Origin: Lingula anatina
Lineage: Eukaryota > Animalia > Brachiopoda
NCBI GenBank assembly: GCA_051362555.1
Contig: CM120645.1
Coordinates: 8,866,001-8,930,000, forward strand
Length of the DNA: 64,000 nt
Direction: 5' to 3'
Part shown: one piece after another, positions 27,385 to 39,375 of the stretch
Numbering within the stretch: position 1 is the first letter of the stretch
How the letters are laid out: each line of letters begins with the position of its first letter
Made by a program: the position numbers and the translations under genes
The notes under the pieces: generated by a model
Seen by the model: only the letters and a program-made list of their open reading frames with translations
What the model was told of the DNA's origin: nothing
Database searches by the model: none

Positions 27385-28831
27385 TTATTTTGAAGTTGGT
27401 GTATTGTAACTAATTAATTCTAAATAACAAGGTTCTGTCTCGTTGATATCTGCCAGACCAATTTTCTCGTATTTCATACCCTCAGAAATCCTGCTGTAAT
27501 AAACATCACCATCCACGTGCTCACGTGACAGATCCTCATATTCGCTCCCATTTCCACACTCTTTAAACCGCGTTCTGTCCAACGCAGAGTTTTGGTGCGA
27601 GTACGCATAGGAATACACGTTGTTACCATTTTCCCCCTGGGTGGGAGGAGTTATTGGGACATGGTATATTGGGCTCTCCGGTCCACCTAGGTAGAGGGAA
27701 TTCTCTCTCATTTCTACTGGTTCATTGCCCTGTCTGGCCTTATAAGTTTGTGCATACGTCCCCTTTATATTACCCTCTGAGTCATCCGACAAAAGAACTG
27801 CCCGACTGTCGGTGCTACTTCTCCGGTCATCTCCGCGGCCATAAAGGGAGTTGTCTTTCAAATGTAACTGATCAGAATTATTTTTCTTGTCCACAGGAAG
27901 AGCGGTGTGGTAAAGGGGGATATTTTGGTAAGTGAGTTCTGCCATATTTTTGTCCTTGGCAGATGTGTTGTGTCTTTGCTGTGTGGTTTCTCTGGGACTT
28001 GGTTCGTTCATTTGGTCATCTGTCAGCTTTAGATCGGAGAAAATGACTTCAGATGGGTTTTGATACGTGTTACGATCCTAGAAATAATGAGGTGACAAGG
28101 CAATATACATGTAACTCTGTACAAAATAGTTACTGGGATTTTCTAGTAGAACAGAAAACATAAAAGTTCTTATCTGTACTGATAATATCCATTCCTCATT
28201 CATACAGTATATATAATATTTCGTTTAATTAACAAAATAGTAAGATTTGTGAACTGCAACTTTCTAAAATTCATTGGATTATAATATTTTAACTGAAACG
28301 TTTATTTTATGCAAACTTACATGCATCGGGTCTGATTTTGCAATTCCCTTTCTCTTGGTTGAACATTTAAAAATCCTGAAAAGAGTAATACAAGTAGATG
28401 GGTCAAGGTGTACACACACACGCACGAACACACACACGCACACACACACACACACACACCACACACACTGTAGGATTTGTCTATAGGGTACCTGTATATG
28501 TAAAACTGGCTGAAATAGATATGTACATCGAGTGGGTCAGGTTAATAAAGTAAAAGAAAAAGATATGTGACCCTCACAAATGTGTTTGCTGAAGATATAA
28601 ATGTTTCTCGAGTTACAGTCACGACTGCGGTTAGGCTGGGATCATAAAAGGCAATGGAACAAATACAATTGTCAGGCATTAGCATATGGGTAGAATATTA
28701 ATTTGGTTTTCTTTTTTATTTGTTTCAGAAATGAAGAATGGAAAACTTTCTTTTATAAACCACTACCGCGCGGTACTAAACTCCTTTTTGCAGATTAACA
28801 TAAAATACAAATGTCATGCCATCGTGTTTAT

Positions 28832-28901
<70 letters not shown>

Positions 28902-29212
28902 AATAATGATAATATTAAAATGAAAGTGAAATTATTTTGAAGTTGGTGTATTGTAATTCATAAACTCTAAATAACAAGGTTCTTTCTCGTTGTTATTTGC
29001 CAGCCGTTTCTTCAGTACTATTTTCTATTAGTAGGCCTACACTGATAGCGTATGGAACGAGTGGTTTCTCTATAAACGGTAGACAAAGTAGGCCTGTTTA
29101 AAATTTTTGATTATTATATGTTCAACGAGCATTGCCGCTTAATGTTAGAAATGGACGGTGCTTAAATCCAGTTATGTTTTTGAGGAGAAGAACTGTTAAA
29201 TCCACAGTATGT

Positions 29213-29243
<31 letters not shown>

Positions 29244-29355
29244 GGGGGGGGTTAAAACATAAAAACAACAGCATTAATTTAAGTTTTTCCTGGGGTCAAT
29301 CGTAAATTTCTCCCGCTTACCAAACCGATACCCAATGCATACAAAAAACAGGTGC

Positions 29356-29415
<60 letters not shown>

Positions 29416-30788
29416 TGGGCCTAAATTAAAAAATAATAATAGGGGCCTAAATTAAAAAAATCTGAGTTCCTCAATACTAGTGTCAGTCGCGCTCGTCCAC
29501 CAACTTCTCAATTTTGGCTGACCAAATCACAAAATGAACACCTACTTCTTGACGTGCTCTCGTTTTTTCCACCAAAGCACTGCAAACATTGTGAGTACTG
29601 CAATGAAGAAAGCGGTCAGCACTCCGGCCACTATGGCAGCGCTGGACGTTCTTACGTCATCTGACGTAAGCACTGGTGTAGTTTCGTTGCCAGATGGCAC
29701 TGCTGTAGGCATGTCTGGGAGAAGTGACGTAATGGAATGGGATTCTGAAACTGTTATAATAACATTTATGACGTGAAACTGAAAAAAATAAAAATAAAAA
29801 AATTAGTAAACCAATTATAGGCAAACAAAAGCCGTACGTAGAAAAAAGTATCGATATTGAATCTGTCTGTAAAATAAAGGCACAATTAACTTTTACTTAG
29901 GGCCATAAATACAATTTTATTTTGATTTCATTTGTGTTTTGATATTAAGAACACACGAATCTTCACGTAACACACGCGCACACGTATCCTAACTAGATAT
30001 CAGAATACCGATACGTACTGGTGGTTGTGGCTGAAGCTGCCGTGCTTTCTAAAGTTGTTGTAACTCTTGAAGTAGTTGATGGACGTACTGTTACTGTAAC
30101 CGATGTCCTTGGTTGTCTTGTTGTTATTGTTGTTGTTGCTGCTGCTGTTGTTGTAGTTGTTGTTGTTGTTGTTGTTGTTGTTGATGTTGATGTCGTCGTC
30201 ACACAAGTCACGGGACTGCATCTAAAACCCTGCCTACAGCTCCCTCTATAGTTGCTATGGCTTATGATAAAAGCGGACTGCCCCTTACATCTACGTTCCT
30301 TCCAGGAGTAGCTTCTACGGTCTCTGTTTTGTGCACAGACAAAGTATTTTCTACAGTCTCCAGGAAAAACGAAATGGCCTTGTACATACTCCTGGGCACT
30401 GCATGCTTGGCGGTCATAACCACACGGCCATTTCGCTGGAAATAAAGAAAAATGTAACCAAATGAATTTTCTGGATGGTTAGGCCTATAGAAAGTCCTGT
30501 TCCAATTTATTTTGAGCTGACAACGTGCTTGAAATGGGTATAACATTTAAATGTATACAGCTACAGACAAAAAAGAGTCATGCATGCCCTCTTTAACGTG
30601 GTATCTCGACAACACTGGCATATTGAAAATCTTGCCTTATTTTTCAAAGTAATATTAGGGAATTTACTGAGGTCAGCAATTTCTAAAGGACTTTATTTAT
30701 TTTCTGAAGAAGTAAAAATATGTACCCAGTAGTTGATCATACAAATTGAGAAACGGCATAGAGCGTGGAAAACTCCCCCCCCCCCCCC

Positions 30789-30836
<48 letters not shown>

Positions 30837-31656
30837 CCGTAGGGTCCGGTGAATCTAACGTTTGGTTTTATCTTGTGTGGGTCTTATCACATACACGGGG
30901 AATTTCTTACTGATATACGTTATATGCCTTTGCCTACGAAAAGGATTCACTGAATCTGCAATGTTATCGCCAGTTTTCACATAGAGCTACGTATACGTTC
31001 GTACATAATCGTGACATTAAACATTTCAAATAGCAAACCCTGCACTTTGCTCTCCATAGACGACTGACTACATATAAAGTACATCCTTCATACAAAAATG
31101 CGGTTGATGAGTGCTATAAAAATAAATCACTTCAGTGTTGCAAGGTCAAGTTTTTTTTAATCTTATATCAGCCTAGCGTGTTAACAAGTACTTGTGGACA
31201 TCAGTAGGGCATAAACGATATCAAAACGACAAATAATACTTATAGCCTACATGTACTGGTATATGCACTTCTACTTGACTCATGTTTTGGGAAGAAGTCC
31301 AATTTCTAGCATATATGTGCTCGCACAGTATACATCATATAGTGTGTATACACGTAAAATTCTCTCTTTTTTGATTATTTGATTACACCCTCTCCAGACT
31401 GAAATTCTTCTTTTTCTCATCGCAAGGACACCTTATATACATTCTACCGCCCTCTTAAAATTGTTAACTATGAATGTGTGAAATACTGTAGATGACCTGT
31501 CCTACATATTGAGGATGAAATGTAAGCCACGAAAAGAACGTCAGTGTTGAGGAATCCAAGCATTGCTTGCTTCCTGTCTATGAATAAAAAGGCATTACGT
31601 CGGGTCATGTTAAAGGATTAAAACCTTAGGCTCGATTCCATGTTTAATGCAAGTTG

Positions 31657-31695
<39 letters not shown>

Positions 31696-31931
31696 AATAA
31701 TTCAAGGTTATTTCATAAGTCATTTGTTGTAATTATTACTACTACCAAGCAAGGAGTGTTCTGTAACTTTTGACAGAAAGTGAACGACCAGTGCATATGT
31801 CTGTTTTACATGTACCACCCCCTCTCCCCCCACCCCCAGGCACCCACCCCTACACACAGACCCGACTCACCTTTCTGCATGGTGACCACCGCCGAAATAA
31901 AGAACACTTGGAAATAAACAGGGATATTCAT
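27385..31931 (-). CDS. Paralog D: same architecture; exons 31931-31871, 30435-30019, 29750-29546, 28635-28578, 28077-27385
   Basis: MNIPVYFQVFFISAVVTMQK; KWPCGYDRQAC...FVFPGDCRKYFVC...YSWKERRC...CSPVTC; poly-Thr stalk; TM AAIVAGVLTAFFIAVLTMFAVLWWKKR; tail with KDNSLY and RENSLY; phases consistent. Confidence 0.8.
28700..29005 (-). pseudogene. Diverged duplicate of the C-terminal codons and 3' UTR of paralog D, lying inside an intron of D
   Basis: Encodes LANNNEKEPCYLEFMNYNTPTSK* versus LADINETEPCYLELISYNTPTSK* at 27385-27455; shared UTR blocks and AATAAA. Confidence 0.75.
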
Positions 31932-33125
31932 GGCAGCTCAATGTGTCGTTTGTCACTTCTCTGCCCGCCCAGGTAACCAGAATTCCTCGCTCGTTAAGTC
32001 CTATCATTTATAGAATAGGGTAATTAATCCATCTTGTCTCATAAATTTCCCTGTGATTACATACATATACATGTACGAGCTCCTTGGCGTATCTATTAAT
32101 TCAAGTTTTCTGCCGTCTATATGATGTTGGCATTTAGTCGGCAAATGTCGCAACACTTTTCGTGTTGTTTTCTAACCTAATCAATTGAATTCTAGGGTTT
32201 CAATATAAGACTATACGTACGAGTATGTGTAGGTCTGTGTATATAGTCCCCCAAAACTGACAGCGTCTCTTCAAAGTACCTCCGTTTCTTCAATCCAGGT
32301 CGATGAAAATAAGGTAAAAAAGCTTGTGAAACTTATTTTATCACACTCCATGCCACTCAGGTAAATATTTCACATCCACGTGACCATACATAAAGAAGAT
32401 GGCCCCATTTTTTACCATTGTCGGTATATAACTGGTGTGAAAAGCCGATAAAAGTGTCAACGAAGGTCATCGTCTTCTTCCGCAATGAGTTTGAAATCTA
32501 AAAATACCACGATAAGGACCGTCTCGATAAGGACATCAACTGGTATCCCTGGATACGGTAAATGAAAACACAGCCTCTTGCGTTAGACCATTAGAATATT
32601 ATTCGTCGGTAAATTGCTCCAAAAAGACCCGTGTACAGCTTGTTCTAGCCTCAAAGTGCTGCGTACGTCTTACTCATAGCAAGGACTTATGAAATAATGA
32701 TAATGTGTGCGTCATGTTCAGAGTGGGAGTTCACCTTAAGCAGAGCGCGTTTTAACGAATGGCGGTCTGTAGAATAAGGAAGTAAGCGGAAGAGAAAACA
32801 AAACAATGCGTTGTGAAAGATGAAACTTGGGTTAAAACAACTTATTAGTCATGCTTGAATTTATTGTAGTGGGCATGCAATGGAATAGCTGTGAAAGTGG
32901 AAATTCGGTTTAAAACAACTTGTAAGCTTTGACATTAAATAAAGTACTGTAACTACACCCTCTACCAGGAACACAGATGCGTTTTTCGCCAGATATTAAC
33001 ATTAAATGTTTTTCTGTGGCCAACTCTGTGCTTATCTTTGTGCTGTCCACCAAGAATTTTTTTCACAGGATTTCATTAAAAAATAAAACGTTATCACAGA
33101 GCTGACTTCTGGTAGGGATTAACAG

Positions 33126-33350
33126 ACTAAGGGCGCATTCCCATAGATTTTAGATCGATCTATCCCCGTGGGAAGTCTCACTAGATTACTGTCAGCTAAT
33201 CTGGCTTAAATGTCCGTCCCGCCTACTACAAGCTGTAAGGGGGTAATTAACTTTCGTGCCCGCTCGGCTGACAGCTATTTAGCGTGAACCCCCAGGGAGT
33301 TAGGTCGATCTAGATGGATCGATCTAAATCCATGGGAATGCAGTCTTAGT
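33126..33350. mobile_element. MITE-like element with about 35-bp terminal inverted repeats (possibly PIF/Harbinger-type)
   Basis: Left end actaagggcgcattcccatagattttagatcgatc versus reverse complement of right end actaagactgcattcccatggatttagatcgatc; related copies at about 51030-51275 and 62085-62270. Confidence 0.65.
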
Positions 33351-33793
33351 GTGTTAATCTGATTTCATTCAAAGAAAGACAGCCCCAGTGTTAGTTAGGT
33401 CGACACCTGTAACTCATTCTGAACGGCCCCTTGTTTTTTCAATAGCAGAATTGTGTACACAAAACGTAAATAAATCCACTTCTTACGTCTACTTCGAAAT
33501 TGATTCGGTTGCCAAAATGAACAAACTAAACAAGGCATGCTGTTTATTAGAACAAGCGAAGGACACCTGTAGCGAAAATTGTTAGATGACTTGAGTTTGG
33601 TGGAATGTTTTGACGACTCTCAATATAATGTCTACATAGGCCCTATTATGCAATTATGAATGAACATGCAGCCTCTCCCCCCCCCCACCAACCCGTTGCA
33701 TGTTCATACAATGGACAAATGAATACAAAATAGATATGTTCAGGGGCGGATCCAGGATATCCTATGGCGGTCATTTTTTCACCGCCCCCCCCA

Positions 33794-33846
<53 letters not shown>

Positions 33847-34690
33847 ATTAAAATAGTAAATTGTAATAAGGGGACAGACCAATTTAATATTAAGTAAATA
33901 ATAATTTAATATACAAAATTTAAAGAGTCATCAACCTTACGGGATAGCTAACCCTGGATGTAACTGAAATGAAGATTCTATAAATGACTAAAATATTACA
34001 AAAACATCAAACAATAATGACCTGCGGCAAAAGACGTCACAAATTTCTTTTTCAATTTTTAAAAGCCAGATGACACCGCGAACGTTGCTGCAATCTATTT
34101 TTTTTGCGTTATAAAAAATTAATTAAAATTAAATTAAAAATTAAAAATAAACTACATCGTTTGAGATTGTGCTGCGAGCAACAGTAACAATGGTTTAATT
34201 TTTAGTCCGTTTTTTTTTTGTGTCAGAACAGTAATTTTTTTCTAGTAAATTTTTGCAGTAATTTAAGATGCTGGACTGATGTGAGTAAAATTTCACTTGG
34301 ACAAACAATTTTTTTCTCTCGTTAATTCTTCTTAATGAATTTTTTAAATATAAAATGAACCTATAGGCTGAGAATCAGTGAGTGTTCTCAGACAAGACAA
34401 GTCCAAGGTTCGATTTTCAAACTGATTTAACGGGACAGAAATTCCCTCAGGATAGAGAGTCCGCTTCCCATTCATTTGTACAGGTGAGGCTGGCGCTAGA
34501 TTTTGACCCACGTGCACTGTAGGACAGGCTAACCCTACCCATTATTACTAAATTAAGTGCAGACTTTCCCTGAATCTATTTGTATTTTATCATTAGTAAG
34601 AAGTACTATCAAGTTTTGAAGGATTCTTTCAGCTGTGAAAGGATCGAGTAACTTTATTTATTAATTTCCCAAGATAAAATTGGTGTTAGT

Positions 34691-34939
34691 TATTACCTCC
34701 GCCAAGGAGGTTATGTTTTCACCCCTGCTGTTTGTCTGTTTGTTTGTTTGTCTGTCTGTCATCAACATAACTCAAAAATTTATGGATCGATTTTGATGAA
34801 ATTTTCAGGAACTGTCAGAAGTAGACCAAGGAAGAGATGATTAGTGTTTGGTGGTGATCCGGATCAATAATCAATCAATAATTAATAATAATCAAATATC
34901 GCTGCCTTGGTCTGCGCTCTCGGAGTGCTTTTCTAGTTA
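34691..34939 (+). mobile_element. Non-autonomous Helentron/Helitron2-associated (HINE/DINE-like) element
   Basis: Starts TTATTACCTCCGCCAAGGAGGTTATGTTTTC, has an internal (GTTT/GTCT)n microsatellite and GATCCGGATC palindrome, and ends GCGCTCTCGGAGTGCTTTTCTAGTT; recognised from memory. Confidence 0.65.
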
Positions 34940-36802
34940 TAATTGTGTTTCAATGTAAGTCTCTTGTAAATGTCTTAATTGGCTTCAGCACCTTTTTCTG
35001 TAGGAATAACTTTGTTGAGTTTTTGTGCCTCATTTTAAGTTAAGTATATACGGAGAATAGTTTGCAGTCACGAGAGAGACTTGATTCACACCATGCTGTC
35101 TAAAAGGGGACGACATTCTTGAACTATACGGCGCCGTGCCAATAAAAAACTTATGTTATAAAGTCTGAAGTATCCGAGCGTGAGCGCTTTCCCAGCATTC
35201 CCCACGAAGGGTTTAGACGGGTTTTCCCCACGGCCCGAGAACATCGGGTACCAGCTTCCGACCACAATACCTGCATTATCAGACTGTCAAAGTTCAGATG
35301 TTAGATGATGAAGACAGGAATGGAAAACGTACTTTGTCAATTTGTTTTAATAATTAAAACTAACAAAAATTATTCTGACATATATTTCTAGTCAAAAGAC
35401 GTAACATTCATACTTTTAATCTTCTCAGTAATTTTAACCATTAAAAGGCGATAGGGGCGGTGTAAACTTCCAAAACAGGGTCAAATGCACGACTGCAATT
35501 TTATAAAAATAAACAAATTATAAACACACCTTTAATGTTCACTGATAAATAACCATACATTTAACTTTTTATATACATGTAGCTAGTCTGACCCAAAAAT
35601 TGAATTTCTATCTGAACTGATTCAGCCGAATGGGATTAAGTAAACATACGATATTCACACCTCTTAATTTCATTTCCACAACGAACCTTTTATCAGGTTA
35701 ACGTTAAAAAACAATAACATATTTGTTCGACAGAGAAATGCTTACTAGTGGATACAACATGTATGACGGCGGTCTTCTTTTCAACATTTCACAATTCAAA
35801 ATGCCCCAGAGTACTAGTCAACGATAGTTCTAGACCGTTGACGGCTGTATTCTGACTGCCAAACTAGATAATTAAGCACAAAAAAAAAAAAAAAAAAAAA
35901 AAAATGGACAACAAGAATAAGTTCATAGACGATGCTGATGGTTGCTGATGATTGTTTGCCATCTTTGATGTTTTACATATTCAAAATTCAATATTTTTGC
36001 TGTTATAGTCAATTTTAATCTATCATACCGAAGATAACAATGAAATACAAATGAAAAAAAAAACAACAAAGATTGATAAATATTGGTTCAATTGTATGCT
36101 ATGAATATTTTATAACATCATTGTCAAGAGAATGGATTTCACGACGATCGATTGTCATTCGGGCCTCGTGTACTCCCCCGAGGATTCCACCCCAGAAAAC
36201 ACAGCCCTAGTGATCCAGGTTAACTGAAGGCGCCGCCAGATGGTAAAAAATGGACCATAGACGAACAATATCAGTAACAGAATAATTCATCTTATCTTTT
36301 TTACCAAACGTTAACTGAATCTGAATCACCAGAAACATATGCTATAGAATCAGACCATTTTGCAGCCCTTTTTTTTACTCATTCCAACTTGTTTGGGTGT
36401 CAGTTTTGATTTTAAAGGTTTCGTGCTGAGGTAAAATCATTTGTTTTTTATCTTCTCTGTCGGTATAAATGTTCACTGGAGAACAAAACACAGATTTTCT
36501 GTCGAGTTACGATTTTTTTTTCTGTTTGCGCTCATGGATTAGCTGCCGTCTGGGAAAGTATTCAACATCTGGGCGGTACGCTTGGCTATCAAGCTAATTT
36601 TTGCTATCTTGGCTATAAAAGTCGCACTTCTGTATCATCAGCTACATGAAAACATATCAGCTTTAGCATGTAGGCATTTTGGTCATTTGAGTGAAAATGA
36701 GACATCCTCATCCAATGTTTTATCTCCGTTTAGGACGTTCGAACTTCAACCCTGTAGTGATCCAAATCATCATCGTCAACGCCCTCTACCTCTTTCGTAT
36801 TT

Positions 36803-38544
36803 TCAGTCAACCTTTTTTATCTTCATGACAGCCCAACGAAGCAAGGCGTTCTCATTGTCGTTGTTACTACCAGGCAGGCCATTGTGCTTAAACCACGGCC
36901 AACAGTCCTTCTTGCATTCTCCTGGAACGGCCATTTTGCCGGTGAGAGAGACCATTGCGCAAAAATTGTACCACCAACCTCCGCGGAATTTTTCGCTACA
37001 ACGTTTACCATAGGTTCTGTCATTAGTAGAAAACAACATGTCGAAACTATAGGACCAAAAGTTCCCTTCAGACAGGCTTCCAGATCCGCGCAAAGATTTG
37101 TGCAACACATATTTCTTCGATTCCGGGCCTATGCGAAAACCGTGATGGATTTCCCAGTAGTAATTGTCAGTGAGCAAGCTCCTTACTTCGACCATTAAGG
37201 AGTAGTTTCCCTGGTTGGTGAGATGATGAAACGCTTCCAGTCCCAGCCAGTGGTCGCCGGCAACGTCATCGAATCCGTTACGGTAATCGACCCAAGGCCT
37301 ACAGTGTATATGAGTAAAAGTCAAAATAAAACTATGTCGTCTTTTATTTATCTCCAAAATCAAACGTGAGCCAAGCTAAAGCACTCTATTACACAATGTA
37401 TGTAAATTAAGATATTCTGTTCTCTCCCTTATCTATTTTATCTTCGAAATTTAAGAAAATAAATTGGAGAACACGAGAAGCAGGGTTGAGTAGAATTATC
37501 GTCATTAACATGAACGTTTACCGATCATTTACGTTAATTGCTGTACTAAATAATTACATACCACTCCCCTTATAAAAGAAAAAAATGATTTTTTAAAGAT
37601 TCACATCAAGACAAAACTGTTGCCCTTTTGGAATCTTTTTGGTTAAATCCGGCCATACCTGTTAAAGTTTAACTCAGGTTCTGTTCTGCGCATCAGAACC
37701 GTCCACCCTTCCTCACATGATACCCGGAGTTGTCTATTCATAGAGTTGACGTTAATACAGTGAACGCCATCCAACCCAACTGGAATTAAAATGACAGAAA
37801 TCATAAGGAGACCAACGGACATTATAAGAAAAAAAAAACGGAATGATGCAAATAGAGACAGAAAGAGAGCCATGGAGATAAAAGGAAAAACACACATCAC
37901 CTTCACAGAGAGATTAATAAATGGAATGGAACATAGGTACCATTTAGGTGTATTATCTCAGTGATTTTTTAAAGTATCCTATAAATGTGCACATTAAAAT
38001 AAAAACTTACTATAATTACCGCAGTCGTGTGGGACCTAAAACAATATGAAACAAGATATTAGCGAACGTTCTGCGGGCGTTAATGAGAACACAAAATCAT
38101 AATATAATGATAATAATACAGATTGCCTCCGTACTGTTTTCTTCTTCGTGTATAAAGTTAAAAAGGTCTTTGAACCTTGGTAGTGCGACATAAGAAGACT
38201 ACTGGTACGTTACATACCTTTGTGTAATATCGACTGGCGCTATCGTCACTAAGGGCCATTTTGGTGGGTGTGAAATCAACTGCGGAATTCAATTCACACA
38301 CGGTGTTGTCAGATCTTACGTTGAAAGACTTGCACTCTGGGTTTGCCTCGCATTCCGCTGCGCATTCTATCCTGCTTATTCCTCCTGGTTTTTCTCTGCT
38401 TTCTAATACAGCATTGGGTAAATACTTTCCTGGTGTACCATAAAAAATGTCGGGTCTTGCTGTAACGCCGTTTTTCGTGCCCGTGTTTAGCCCACAAGCA
38501 ATCGTAATGAAAATAGAGAAGCGAATAAAAAGTGTTGATCGCAT
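36803..38544 (-). CDS. Secreted PAN/apple-domain + fibrinogen C-terminal domain (FReD) protein; exons 38544-38218, 38035-38020, 37779-37659, 37298-36803
   Basis: Signal peptide; PAN motif SRIECAAECEANPECKSFN...CELNS; FReD motifs GWTVLMRR...FNR.W.DYRNGF...HWLGLE...FSTND...C...GGWWYNFC; phases consistent. Confidence 0.88.
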
Positions 38545-39014
38545 TTCTGTCATGACTGCTTGCATACAGCTTTTAGTCAGAATGAGAATGACACAAAAAA
38601 TCACCCAGATATCTACCGCTATGGAAATGTATATGATTGATCAGTAAATTGGGAATTGTTGCTAGGTAACTTCAGTCCATGATTGAAAAAGCCTTACGTC
38701 ATATGTCTCCATGTTTGCATTTCCCACATAGCTAATGAATAAAGCTTAAAAATGAAAAATTACTGTACTTATCATATTACATTTGCCTCGACACGATATA
38801 CGAGAAGGTAAGTATTATTCGCGCATACATGCATGTATTCAAATTATTAGGAATTTTCAAAAGAAATTCACACTGCTTTTTATTTTTCGAATCCACAATT
38901 AAAGGAATCCGTAGTCCGTTTCCCATTACCTTCGTCCTTTACAGTTTCCATTTTCTCCACTTACTGAGCCCGATTTGTACTTCTGGTTAACCCAAACCAT
39001 TGAAAATTAACACT

Positions 39015-39375
39015 GTAACGCCTCAAAACCTGGAATTAACTCGCCCTACATGTCACCTCTTTTAAACTCAAATGGACTCGAGCCACCTGTCACCCTTCAG
39101 ATTCTGGAATGGACTGACACCAGCTGTCACCCCTCAAAACCTGGAATCGACCCGTCCCACCTGTCACCCCTTTCTAACCGGAACGTACTCGTCCCACCTG
39201 TCACCCCTTTCTAACTGGAAAGTACTCGTCCCTCCCATGCCACCCCCTCAGTCTGATATGGACTCTCCCCATCTAGCAACCCCTGAAACGTGGAATGAAC
39301 TCGCCCTATCAGTCACTTTTGAAACCTTGAATAGCCTTGCCCCACTTGTCATCCTTCAAACTGGAATGAACATCC
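39015..39375. repeat. Degenerate minisatellite, unit about 35 bp
   Basis: Recurring ctggaa...actcg.cccacctgtcacccc units, roughly 10 copies. Confidence 0.75.

Noticed and set aside
17910-29546. In-frame stops immediately after the TM-exon donors of paralogs B, C and D
   Set aside because: Phase-2 introns starting GTAA or GTAG create TAA/TAG automatically; only the D case has extra support
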